From assembly GCA_963707025.1 (NCBI GenBank), contig CAVPOM010000006.1:256001-320000 (forward strand): 64,000 bases of DNA, written 5' to 3'. The notes beneath the pieces are model-generated. The model saw only the letters and a program-made list of their open reading frames with translations, was not told where the DNA came from and did no database searches. This document shows positions 50,484-60,252 of this stretch, one piece after another; position 1 is the first letter of the stretch, and every line of letters starts with the position of its first letter. A program made the position numbers and the translations under genes. This DNA is from an uncultured Verrucomicrobiae bacterium. GTDB taxonomy: Bacteria > Verrucomicrobiota > Verrucomicrobiia > Limisphaerales > Palsa-1400.

Positions 50484-51894
50484 CGGCGCGCGGGTCGGTG
50501 GCGGAGATGATGACGCTGACCGATTTCTGGTTGAAGCCCTTGAAACCGCCGCGGCGCTGCAAATTCTCCAGGTGGCTCCCCAACGCGCCTTCCTTGACAA
50601 ACTTTTCGCGCTGTTCCCTGGTGATCCAGCCGGCTTGCACAAGTTTTTCGGCGCGCTCCGGTCGGACCGGCCAGCGTTCGCCTTCGGTGAAAGCCTGCCG
50701 CAGGAATGGGAAATCGGAAAACGGCTTCATCGTGGCCACGCCCTCGGCCCGCAGTTGCTCGCGCAACAAATCGAAATCAAACCGGGCTTCCAGATGGTGC
50801 AGGCCGGCTTGCAGAAAACTTTCCCCGTGCAAGGCGGTCCATAATCCGACGGTGCCCAGGCACGGGGCCGGCGAGAGCCTGGACGTGGAAAAATCAATCT
50901 GCCTTTCGCCGGGCATCAAATCCACGTCGGCGAAAACGACGATGCCCGCGACGGGGTGTTCGCTGATTTGCGCGCCCCAGCCCGCCTCGGCCCCGGCGTA
51001 AAAGCGTTCTCTTTTCACAAAACCGAGGCGGAGGAGAAACCGGATCACGTCCACAAAGCATGGGCGCGAACAACGAAAGGTGTGATGGTCATGGTTGCCC
51101 CAGCCCAGGCCAAGGCGGTCCTGGCGGCGTTTTTGTATTTGCGCGGCGCGGTTGCGCTGCTCCCAGTAGCGGCGTTCCTCCGCAAAAAAAAGCTGGCAGG
51201 CCAATTCCGGCCCGACGGAGCCGAGGATTTCATCCAGCGCGGCGTTGGCGGCGGCGAAGCCCGCGCGATTGCTGGCGGCCTGACGCGGGCGGGTCCGCCA
51301 AAGATCCTGGGCGCGCAGGATCTTCTTCAACCGGGCGGCTGGCAGGGGTGCCGGCACAAATCCGGCGTAGCCGTTGCGCTCCACCGCCTCCAGCCGGGTG
51401 CCCTGCTGCTCGCTCACCACCACGCGGCGCAACCGCCCGAAGGGGTCGCCCTCGACCGGGCCGGCCAGGGAGAGGGCCGCCGCGAAATCGGCCACCGCTT
51501 CCGCCCGCAAGGCGATGACCGCAGGATGGCGCCCCGCCGCCTTTGCCACCCGCACCCGCGGCAGGAGGGCTTGGGGATGTTTGAGCACCATTTCGCCCCG
51601 GGGCGCTTCCACCCTGTCGGAGACAAATCCCAAATCGCGCAACGGCTTTTCGTCCTCCGGCCCGAGCGCCAGATGGTCCATCCAATCGAAGAACTCGGTG
51701 CCCGTTTCATCCTGCATTCGCCGGGCCAGCAGGCGGGCGGCCCGGTTGCGCTGGAGAAAGGACTCCAGGCGCTGGCGCAGCAGCGTTTCGGCAGCGAACG
51801 CCAGCGGCCAATCGTATGGAGCGGGCCGGGCGTTGGCGGCGCTGGCCGTCGCCGCCGGTGCGGATTCTATGTCCGCATTTGCAATGGTTGGCAT
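50467..51894 (-). CDS. Conserved hypothetical protein, possibly VOC/glyoxalase-like metalloenzyme
   Basis: 475-aa ORF with DHL, WGNHDHHTFR and GLHHLEARF His-rich motifs. Confidence 0.7.
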   Translation of the reverse strand: MPTIANADIESAPAATASAANARPAPYDWPLAFAAETLLRQRLESFLQRNRAARLLARRMQDETGTEFFDWMDHLALGPEDEKPLRDLGFVSDRVEAPRGEMVLKHPQALLPRVRVAKAAGRHPAVIALRAEAVADFAAALSLAGPVEGDPFGRLRRVVVSEQQGTRLEAVERNGYAGFVPAPLPAARLKKILRAQDLWRTRPRQAASNRAGFAAANAALDEILGSVGPELACQLFFAEERRYWEQRNRAAQIQKRRQDRLGLGWGNHDHHTFRCSRPCFVDVIRFLLRLGFVKRERFYAGAEAGWGAQISEHPVAGIVVFADVDLMPGERQIDFSTSRLSPAPCLGTVGLWTALHGESFLQAGLHHLEARFDFDLLREQLRAEGVATMKPFSDFPFLRQAFTEGERWPVRPERAEKLVQAGWITREQREKFVKEGALGSHLENLQRRGGFKGFNQKSVSVIISATDPRAANFGA

Positions 51895-51999
51895 GGGGAA
51901 AGTTTAGGAACAGGGAGGCATTGAGATTAAGATCAGGATTAGGATTTAGATTAAGAAGAGGACGGAGAGGGCGGTGATCAGGCGCATGCGGATGCCAAA

Positions 52000-53049
52000 C
52001 TAGACGGCCGGGTGCGGCTCCGCCCGGGGAATTTCCTCTTCAACGCCCATGAAATGCAGGCCCAATTGCACGACCAGCCACTGGCTGAAAGCGCGCGCTT
52101 TCACTTCGCTCCAGCCGCAGGGGGACAGCGCCTCGCGCCGGAGCGCCGCCCCGGGCTGGCGCCGGTCCAGGGCGGGCAGATAACTGTAGAAAGCGCCGCT
52201 GGAGAGCCGGCTGACCCGGCGTTGCAGGCAGACGCCGGCAATTTCCCCGCGTGGAAAGGTAATGGACTGCTTGCGCCCGCCGGTCTGCGGCAGGGTGAGG
52301 GCTTGGGATTTCTCGTCAATGAACAAGTCGTATTTGCCGGAAGCATTGCGCCAGGCCGTCCAACAGAAGGCGGCCGCCGCCACCGTCAGCACCGCCGCCC
52401 AGGTGTTTTCCATCGCCTTGAGGCCCGGGGCCAGGCCATTCATGGCCAGGACCGGGAAGGTGGCGGCAAAGGCCGCGCCACCCAAGGCATAAAAGCCCGC
52501 GGCCGGCGCCGACAGCCAAGCCAGCCGGACGCGAATCCGGCCGCCTTGCCGCCAAATAGGCACTCCGCCCGCCTCCGGCACGCGCCACAGTTCGCGCAGG
52601 CGCGCCCCGATCCAGAGCCAGAGCATGATCAAGGCGACGTTGACCGGGATGGAAAACAAAATCACCATCAGATCAACTCCCTCCACTCCCGTCGCCAGGA
52701 CGGAGTTGGCCGGGTTGTTGGGATCGTAAAAGACGGTGTGCTCCGACCACTTTGGAAATTTCCGCACGATGTCCCTTCCGGTGCTGCTGGAGTAATTGTC
52801 GTCATACCGGTAGCGGGTGCCGCGGTACTCCTTCCCGTTGACGTTGTAAGCATACTCGACGGTGACGCCGGAGTGGAAGCTGCTGTGCGGGCTGACCTCG
52901 CTCAACACTATTTGGCCGCGGGTGGTCGCGAAGTTTTTGGCCAGGTATTGCCGCAGCGTCGTGCCAAAGACAAAGTAATCAGCCCCGGCCACCATCGCCG
53001 TCCAACATATCAGCGTCACCAGGACGATATACACCGTGGACTTGGACAT
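52000..53049 (-). CDS. DUF3592-domain membrane protein
   Basis: TM segment, then VEYAYNVNGKEYRG...VFYDPNNPANSVL, further TM segments. Confidence 0.78.
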   Translation of the reverse strand: MSKSTVYIVLVTLICWTAMVAGADYFVFGTTLRQYLAKNFATTRGQIVLSEVSPHSSFHSGVTVEYAYNVNGKEYRGTRYRYDDNYSSSTGRDIVRKFPKWSEHTVFYDPNNPANSVLATGVEGVDLMVILFSIPVNVALIMLWLWIGARLRELWRVPEAGGVPIWRQGGRIRVRLAWLSAPAAGFYALGGAAFAATFPVLAMNGLAPGLKAMENTWAAVLTVAAAAFCWTAWRNASGKYDLFIDEKSQALTLPQTGGRKQSITFPRGEIAGVCLQRRVSRLSSGAFYSYLPALDRRQPGAALRREALSPCGWSEVKARAFSQWLVVQLGLHFMGVEEEIPRAEPHPAV

Positions 53050-53094
53050 GCCCGGTAATATGCACCAGCATGGCCCGGTGACAACCCCCAAAAT

Positions 53095-53529
53095 TCAGCG
53101 GCTTGGCCCGGGCCGCTCCGGGTGGAATTTGCCGCCGTCACCCGGTTGATAAAGGCGCAGGCCCAGCACGCCGCGCATGAGTTCAAAATGGGGGTCGGCG
53201 GCATAAACCCGGCAACCCCACTGCAAGGACAGGCTGGCGATCAAAATGTCACTCCACGGAACGGCGTGCCCCTGGTCGCGCAAGCGCCAGGCACAGTGCA
53301 GCGCAAAATCCCACGCCCCGTCATCAATGACCTTGTGGGGGATGGATTCAAAACCAGCCGACAGGCGCGGCCGATCCTGCCGGCGCGCGCCCGCCAGCAC
53401 TTCCAGTTTGATCGGCCCGCAAATGACGGCCTCGGCCGCCTCGATCAGCCCTAGCAACCCGCTTTTGCACGCCCGGCAGCCGTCGCGCCGGGCGCACTCG
53501 ATCCAGACCGATGAATCCACCAGCACCAT
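53095..53529 (-). CDS. vapC: VapC PIN-domain toxin
   Basis: MVLVDSSVWI, EVLAG, DILIA, ADPHF. Confidence 0.88.
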   Translation of the reverse strand: MVLVDSSVWIECARRDGCRACKSGLLGLIEAAEAVICGPIKLEVLAGARRQDRPRLSAGFESIPHKVIDDGAWDFALHCAWRLRDQGHAVPWSDILIASLSLQWGCRVYAADPHFELMRGVLGLRLYQPGDGGKFHPERPGPSR

Positions 53530-53534
53530 AGGCG

Positions 53535-53738
53535 TCAACCCTGGAGTTTTTCCACCTCGTCGTTGGTGGCCGGATAGTCCAATTCCCCCTTGCCCAACAA
53601 GAGGGCGAAGTCCCTGGCCTTCCCGCACCGCACAATCTCGGCGACGGCGGCGGCCACCGCCGAACTTTGGTCTTTGACCTGCAATATCCGGCAGGCATCC
53701 GCCAACAGATCATCCGCGATTTCGACGGTCAGTCTCAT
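53535..53738 (-). CDS. vapB: VapB antitoxin (DUF2191-like)
   Basis: MRLTVEIADDLL...SAVAAAVAEIVR directly upstream of vapC. Confidence 0.8.
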   Translation of the reverse strand: MRLTVEIADDLLADACRILQVKDQSSAVAAAVAEIVRCGKARDFALLLGKGELDYPATNDEVEKLQG

Positions 53739-53833
53739 ACCAATTGATATATCCGACCGGGCCGCCTTTTTCAAGCGTGGCATGGACGGGGGCAGCCGTG
53801 ATGGCGGATCTTCCTTCTTGGGCAACGGGCAAT

Positions 53834-53927
53834 TCTTAATCTTAATCTTAATCTTAATCTTAATCTCCTCCGGGCCAAAAGTCCTCAAAATGGGATTAAG
53901 AGTAAGATTAAGATTAAGAGCAGGAGG
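53834..53927. repeat. Inverted 6-bp microsatellite pair (TTAATC)n...(GATTAA)n
   Basis: About 5 TTAATC units facing about 4 GATTAA-like units; related arrays at 34806-34890 and 51923-51958. Confidence 0.85.
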
Positions 53928-54027
53928 CAGAAGCCGTTCCGCCCGAAAACGAGCTGCCCGCGCCGCGCCGCGCTGCGGCCAGTTTCCATTGGACATGGCG
54001 CGGGCGCGGTATTTCAATGGGCCGGCT

Positions 54028-54687
54028 ATGGCGCGCGAAAGTTTCTCCGTTCAATCCAAACGCGCCCTGGAGATCATCGGCCGGCTCAAAACGGCCTATC
54101 CCGGGGCGCACTGCGAACTGGATTACTCCAACCCGATCCAGTTGCTCGTCGCCACCATCCTCTCCGCCCAATGCACGGACAAACGGGTGAACCTGGTGAC
54201 GCAAACGCTCTTCCAAAAATACCGGACGCCGCGGGAGTTTGCCCAAGCGCCGCCGGGCGTGCTGGAAGCCGACATTAAAAGCACCGGGTTCTTCCGCAAC
54301 AAAGCCAAAAGCATCCGGGGGGCCTGCCGCGCCCTGCTGGAAAAGCACGGCGGCCAGGTTCCGCGCGACATGGCGTCACTGGTGCAACTGGACGGGGTGG
54401 GGCGCAAAACCGCCAACGTGGTCCTGGGCAACGCCTTCGGCCTGGCCGAGGGCATTGTGGTGGACACCCATGTGGCGCGGCTGGCCAGGCGGCTGCGGCT
54501 GAGCCGGAACACCACGCCGGAAAAAATTGAATCTGATTTGCAAAAGCTCGTTCCGCGGGCGGATTGGACGCTGGTCAGTCATTTGCTCATCTGGCACGGA
54601 CGCCGGCGTTGCGGCGCGCGCCAGCCGGATTGCGCGGGGTGCGAAATCAGGAGCCTTTGTCCGACGGGGCGCGCGGCTTTAGGTTGA
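54028..54687 (+). CDS. nth: Endonuclease III
   Basis: LLVATILSAQCTD, LDGVGRKTANVVL, VDTHV, C-X6-C-X2-C-X5-C cluster motif. Confidence 0.95.
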   Translation: MARESFSVQSKRALEIIGRLKTAYPGAHCELDYSNPIQLLVATILSAQCTDKRVNLVTQTLFQKYRTPREFAQAPPGVLEADIKSTGFFRNKAKSIRGACRALLEKHGGQVPRDMASLVQLDGVGRKTANVVLGNAFGLAEGIVVDTHVARLARRLRLSRNTTPEKIESDLQKLVPRADWTLVSHLLIWHGRRRCGARQPDCAGCEIRSLCPTGRAALG

Positions 54688-54689
54688 CG

Positions 54690-55363
54690 ATGGAAACCTG
54701 GTATTTGCTGGAGTCTGGAGCGGGACCGCCCGCTTACAACATGGCGCTGGACGAGGCCTTGCTGGAATCGGCCCCGCAACGGGCGCGGCCCGTCCTGCGC
54801 TTCTACAGTTGGACGGAGCCGGCGGCCACCTTTGGCTACGCGCAAAAATACCGCCAGGCCGCCGCCCTCACCCGCCTGCGTCCCCTGGTGCGGCGCACGA
54901 CCGGCGGCGGGGTGGTGCCGCACGACGCGGACTGGACTTACAGCCTGATTTTTCCGCCGCAACACCCTTGGCATCGCCTCAGGGCGGCGGAAAGTTACCG
55001 GCGCCTGCACGAATGGATTCGCGCCGCCTTCGCGCGGCTCAACGTGCCGGCGGCCCTGGCCGCTTCCAGTCAAAAAGAAATTCCAGGACACTGTTTTGCC
55101 GGCCCGGAGACGTCCGATCTGCTCTGGGGCGGACGCAAGATCGCGGGCGCGGCGCAGCGGCGGGCGCGGACGGGCTTGCTCATCCAGGGATCGGTGCAGC
55201 CGCCGCCCGGCCTGGCCCGGTCGGACTGGCAATCAGCCCTCTGCCGGGAGATGGAGAGGGAAGTGGCGTGGCAGCCGTTCCGGCCGGCCTGCTGCCCGCG
55301 GAACTGGCCCTGCGCCTGCAAGAGGAGAAGTACGCCCAAGCCAGTTTCAACCAGAAACGGTGA
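54690..55363 (+). CDS. Lipoate-protein ligase A family (frameshift near the 3' end)
   Basis: NMALDEALL, LRFYSW, RRTTGGGVVPH, KIAGAAQ. Confidence 0.88.
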
Positions 55364-55791
55364 GCCGCCCTGATGCGTCAGTCATGGGTGGGCCGGAAAA
55401 GGTAGGGCGGGCAGTCCTCTGCCCGCCGCGCGACGGTAATGCGACGATGCTGCCTCTGCCAAAGCGACGGCGCGCAGGCGCCTGGACCTCCTTGCCAAAA
55501 AAGATTTGAGACGCTCGCGCCCCGCTCCTGAGCGGCTTGCTTGGGAGCGCGCGCATCGCGTTGTGTAGGTCGCATTGCGCCTGTGGCGCAAGTCCCGCTT
55601 CTTCCCGCTTCCGGGGAGCGCACGCGCCCTCGCGTGCTGCGGGCCGCGCCTCGCGGCCCGCAGTACCCCCCTCGTCAATGAAAGGGGTCCTCCTCATCCA
55701 ACCAAATGCTGTATTCCGTCACTTACCATAATCCATCCCCAAAAGCAACGAAAAATGACCGTTAAAAAATCGCTTTGGTTGAACAAATCCA

Positions 55792-55819
55792 TTGACACTA
55801 TGCTCATTTAGTCTATTCT
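55792..55819 (+). promoter_or_regulatory. Putative sigma-70 promoter
   Basis: TTGACA-16 nt-TATTCT upstream of AAGGAGG RBS and ATG 55889. Confidence 0.5.
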
Positions 55820-55888
55820 GTGGACGGGCAGGCGATCCACTCGTCCGGCGGAAAACAACACGACAGGTTATGGTTTAAGGAGGATGAT

Positions 55889-56860
55889 ATGAGGAATGGC
55901 AAAATTGCAAAACTGCTCTCCACCGTCCGGGATGAGCTCAATGTGCGCATGGACAACGGCGAAAACGGCGGAAAACTTCTGCGCTGGCTCAACGGACTTC
56001 CTGAAGTCAAGGCGACGCTCCAGGCCAGCTTTGGCGGCCAGCCCGTCAGCAAGCAAAATCTCTGCGAATGGCGCCAGGGCGGCTTCCGCGAATGGCAGCT
56101 TCATTACCAATGGATTCATCAGGCTTATGAACTCAACCGGCTCACCACCGACATGGAGCAAGTGCTGGATGCGCCCATGCTGGCCGGCGACATGGCCAAA
56201 CTGCTGGCTGTCCGCTACGCCGCCCTCCTCAACACCTGGGATGGCGAGGCGGACCCGAAATTCGAGCGCGGCCTCCGCCTGCTGCGCGGCCTGGGCCAGG
56301 ACATCGCCTTGCTGCAAAGGACCTTGCATCGCTCCAGCCTCCAGGAAATTGCCTCCGACCAGCATTTTGAGGACGACTGCAACAAGAGAAGGGAGAAAAT
56401 AAGGGGGATGGCCATGGCCCCCATTTTGGCCAGGATGGAACAGAACAACCTGGAAAGGCTGTTTGGCAACTATGTGGACGAAGCGGCGGCCAGACGGCTC
56501 GCCGAATTTGTCACCGCCATCAAATTTAACCTGCCGCTGCCCAAAACGCCCCGACCGGAGCCGCCCGGTCAAACCTCCCGGTCAAACCCAAAGGCCCCGG
56601 CCGCCACTGTAGCCGCGGTCTGCGACCGTCGCACTCGTCGAACCTCCCGGTCAACGCCGGCGCCCGCGCCGGTTGTAGCGGCGGTCTGTGACCGTCGCAC
56701 TCCTCAAACCTCCCGGTCAAACCCGGTGTCATCGGCCCAGCCACTCAAACCCTCTCAGCCTCCGCCAACGCCGCCCGGTCAAACTGCTTTGCCCCCGGCT
56801 GTCCGGTCTGCTATGCCCGGCCAGGCCGCCGAAGAGCCGCCCGGTCAAACCGGGTCAAAC
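55889..56860 (+). CDS. Exon 1 of intron host gene: phage Mu gp27/DUF3486-like N-terminal domain plus PPGQT/SNP repeat tail (predicted exon 2 is 58820-58837)
   Basis: RNGKIAKL...VRDELN...LLRWLNGLPEV...SKQNLCEWRQGGF; tail built from CCGGTCAAAC repeats. Confidence 0.7.
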
Positions 56861-58819
56861 GTTGCGCCAGTGAAGTTGGTTGGAACGCGGGTGAAAGTCC
56901 CGTCCGTCGAATTAGGCTGTTCACGACGGAACACGACCTCAACAGCGCCGCCGCGAGGCGGGGTTGGAAGCTGAGGGAGATGAACAGACGGGCCGTAATG
57001 AAAATGAACCACATCCAATGAGCCTCGATAAGTTTAGAACCGGAGACAAGCCGAGCCGCTGTTTGACCGGCGAAGGCCGCAGGGAGGAGGCAGGGCAACA
57101 GTCAGAGCCTTCTCAACGCTCCGGCGGGGTCGGCGTGGACGGCACGTCTGGAAGTTCAACCAAGGTAAGCTGGGAGAACTCCGGCGGCGGGCGGCCAGCC
57201 CAACCGCCCGCGCAAGCTGGCAAGACCAGTCAGGCGAGCGGCCCTGCCGGAGAAGTCGGAGTTCCTCATAGTAGCGTGGACTTGTTTGCGCTCCAGGCGG
57301 ATTTCCGCCGGGAGTTGCGCGAGCGAACGCAAAGGGGGAACACTTGCTCAATGCGTGGAGGCGAAGCGAAGGATGCGGGGATGGCCGGGGCGACCCGGAT
57401 AGCAACCCCGGAGAAAGTTCGGCAGCTTCAAATCGCGCTCTATCGGAAAGCCAAAGCAGAGCCGAAGTATCGGTTCTGGAGCCTGTATGGGGAATTGCTG
57501 CGCAAGGACGTGCTCGAAACCGCCTTGGCAGCGCAACAGCGCAACGGCGGGGCCGCGGGAGTGGACGGACAGAGTATGGAGTCCATCACCGCCGACCCGG
57601 CCCTGCGCCAGCAATGGCTCGACCGCCTGCAAGCAGAACTCAAAGCCAAGACGTATCGGGCCAGCCCGGTGCGGCGGGTGATGATTCCCAAGAGCAGCGG
57701 AGGGGAACGGCCGTTGGGCATCCCGACGGTCAAGGACCGGGTGGTGCAAACGGCGGTGTATCTGGTGCTGATGCCGATCTTGGAGGCGGACTTTCATCCG
57801 CGCTCCTACGGCTTTCGGCCCAAACGCCGGGCACACCAAGCCATTGCGGAAATCCAACAAGCAGTGCAGCAAGGCTACGTGGAAATCATCAACGCGGACC
57901 TGACGAAATATTTCGACACGATTCCGCACCGGGAACTGATGAAGGCCGTGGCCCGGCGGGTCAGCGACGGCAGCGTGCTGCGGCTCCTCAAGAGCTGGCT
58001 GCGCGCCCCGGTCGCGGAGGAAGACCAGGACGGCACCAAGCGAGTGATCCCCAACCGGCGCGGCACGCCGCAAGGCGGGGTCATCTCGCCGCTGCTGGCC
58101 AACCTCTACCTCAACCCGCTGGATCACGGGGTGAACGAGAAAACCTCCGGCCAAGCCCGCATGGTGCGCTACGCCGATGACTTTGTCATCGCGTGCGCGG
58201 CGGGGTGCGGCGGAGGGCTGATAGCGCGGCTCAAGAAATGGCTTCGAGCCAAAGGGCTGACCCTCAACGAAGTCAAAACCCGAATTGTGAACATTCGCAA
58301 GGAAGGGATCAACTTCCTGGGCTTCAACCTGACCTGGCGCAAGTCCTTTGGAGGGCGCGGCTACCTGCACGTTCAACCCAGCCAGAAAAGCCGGGGGGCC
58401 CTGCGCGAGAAACTGGGCGGCATCCTCAACCACTGGACGCAGGGGCGTCCGATACAGGAGGTGGTCAAAGAGGTCAACCAAGTCTTGCGCGGATGGGCGG
58501 GCTACTTCCACTACGGCAACAGCGTCTCGGTGATGAACCGGATGAAACACTACAGCCAAAACCGCTTTCGGCGCTGGCTGTGGCGCAAACACGGTTGCCG
58601 CCGCAGCCTGTGGGAACACTACGTTCCCGAGCAGTTGCACCAGCGTTATGGACTCTATGAACTGCCGACCACGGCGAAGTGGAAGGCGGCCCGATGAATG
58701 AGTTCGGAGAGCCGAATATGGGAAATCCGTCCGTTCGGTTCGATGAGGGGCGAAGTGGCAGCGCGAGACTGACAACTGCGGTCAGTTCAATCCGCCTCCT
58801 TCCACTTCGCCTACTCTAC
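56861..58819 (+). mobile_element. Group II intron (complete ribozyme plus IEP)
   Basis: 5' GTTGCG; EBS1 hairpin gccg-ctgtttgac-cggc-gaaggc at 57055-57077; D5 gagccgaatatgggaaatccgtccgttcggttc; D6 ending ...cttcgcctactctAC. Confidence 0.92.
57381..58697 (+). CDS. ltrA: Group II intron reverse transcriptase/maturase, no endonuclease domain
   Basis: GAAGVDG, RPLGIPTVKDR, SYGFRP, DLTKYFD, GTPQGGVISPLLANLYL, RYADD, FLGF, LRGWAGYF. Confidence 0.95.
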   Translation: MAGATRIATPEKVRQLQIALYRKAKAEPKYRFWSLYGELLRKDVLETALAAQQRNGGAAGVDGQSMESITADPALRQQWLDRLQAELKAKTYRASPVRRVMIPKSSGGERPLGIPTVKDRVVQTAVYLVLMPILEADFHPRSYGFRPKRRAHQAIAEIQQAVQQGYVEIINADLTKYFDTIPHRELMKAVARRVSDGSVLRLLKSWLRAPVAEEDQDGTKRVIPNRRGTPQGGVISPLLANLYLNPLDHGVNEKTSGQARMVRYADDFVIACAAGCGGGLIARLKKWLRAKGLTLNEVKTRIVNIRKEGINFLGFNLTWRKSFGGRGYLHVQPSQKSRGALREKLGGILNHWTQGRPIQEVVKEVNQVLRGWAGYFHYGNSVSVMNRMKHYSQNRFRRWLWRKHGCRRSLWEHYVPEQLHQRYGLYELPTTAKWKAAR

Positions 58820-58955
58820 CATAATTGTGAAGCTTGACCACCTTGACCATGAGCATCCACTCCACCACTCCACCACTCCATTCGGCCTCCGCATTGCGCC
58901 TGCGTCCCGCTTGCTTTATCCGCGGACTCAATTATTCTGCAAGACCTGATTTGAT

Positions 58956-60104
58956 ATGCAATTGGACAATGACGAAATCCGGCGCTACTCGCGCCACTTG
59001 ATTCTGCCGGAGGTCGGGCTGGCCGGGCAGAAGAAGATTTGCTCGACCAGCGTGCTGTGCATCGGCGCGGGGGGGCTGGGTTCGCCCATCGCCATGTACC
59101 TGGCGGCGGCGGGCATCGGCAAGCTGGGCCTGGTGGATTTTGACACGGTGGATTTTTCCAATCTCCAGCGCCAGATCATCCACGGCACCGCCGACGTGGG
59201 CCGGCCCAAAATCCAATCGGCCCGCGACACCATCCACCGCATCAACCCCAACGTCGAAGTGGCGCTGCACAATGCCCGCCTGACCAGCGAAAACGCGCTG
59301 GAGATTCTCGCCCCGTACGACATCGTGGTGGACGGGACGGACAACTTTCCCACGCGCTACCTGACCAACGACGCGTGCGTGCTGCTGAAAAAGCCCAACA
59401 TCTACGGTTCGATTTTTCGATTTGAAGGGCAGGCCAGTGTGTTCGCGCCGCATTTGCACGGCCCGTGTTACCGCTGTTTGTATCCCGAACCGCCGCCGCC
59501 CGGCATGGTGCCCAGTTGCGCGGAAGGCGGCGTGCTGGGCGTGCTGCCCGGCATCATCGGCTGCATCCAGGCCACCGAGATTTTGAAATTGGCCCTGGGC
59601 AAGGGCAGTTCCCTCCTGGGCCGGCTGCTCCTGCTCGACGCCCTGGAAATGAAGTTCCGCGAACTCCGGCTCCGCCCCGATCCCCAATGCCCATTGTGCG
59701 GCGAAAATCCCACGATCACGCAGTTGATGGATTACCAGGTGTTCTGCGGCATCCCCGACGCCCCGGCCCAGCCGGCCTCCAACCCGGACGAAGTGACCGT
59801 GCAGCAGATGAAACAGGCCCTGGACGACCCCAAGCTGGGGATCCAGGTCATTGATGTGCGCGAGCCGGATGAACATCAAATCGCCCACGTCCAGGGGGTG
59901 CCGCTCATCCCCTTGAGTGTGTTGCCGCAACGCTTCACCGAGCTGGATCCCAACCAGCACATTTACATCCATTGCAAAAGCGGCGCGCGCTCCCTCAAGG
60001 CGCTGCAATTCCTGCGCGAACAAGGCTACAAGTACTTGAAGAGTGTCCGGGGCGGCATCAACGCCTGGGCGGACGAAGTGGACCACAATGTTCCGAAGTA
60101 TTGA
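58956..60104 (+). CDS. moeB: MoeB/MoeZ adenylyltransferase with rhodanese domain
   Basis: RYSRH, IGAGGLGSP, SNLQRQ, DGTDNF, CYRC, DVRE...HCKSGARS. Confidence 0.95.
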   Translation: MQLDNDEIRRYSRHLILPEVGLAGQKKICSTSVLCIGAGGLGSPIAMYLAAAGIGKLGLVDFDTVDFSNLQRQIIHGTADVGRPKIQSARDTIHRINPNVEVALHNARLTSENALEILAPYDIVVDGTDNFPTRYLTNDACVLLKKPNIYGSIFRFEGQASVFAPHLHGPCYRCLYPEPPPPGMVPSCAEGGVLGVLPGIIGCIQATEILKLALGKGSSLLGRLLLLDALEMKFRELRLRPDPQCPLCGENPTITQLMDYQVFCGIPDAPAQPASNPDEVTVQQMKQALDDPKLGIQVIDVREPDEHQIAHVQGVPLIPLSVLPQRFTELDPNQHIYIHCKSGARSLKALQFLREQGYKYLKSVRGGINAWADEVDHNVPKY

Positions 60105-60252
60105 GAAAATCCGCCCCTCTGCGCCTTCCTTTTCAAATTCCAACACGCTCTGGCTGCGGCCCTGGAAAGATTTATGGGGAAATTGTTTGCTGATTTGCGC
60201 GGGCATGATAAGATAAGGTGCTATAATTACATATTTTAATAAACCGTAGCTT

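Noticed and set aside
56964..57380. N-terminal extension of the RT ORF
   Set aside because: Overlaps ribozyme domains I-III, including EBS1; the likely start is ATG 57381.
49740..58697. Possible DGR (Avd-like four-helix protein plus a reverse transcriptase in one window)
   Set aside because: The RT is a group II IEP inside a full ribozyme about 7 kb away. No template/variable repeat pair with adenine-specific mismatches was seen; the parA duplicate and 276-bp repeats differ at mixed bases.
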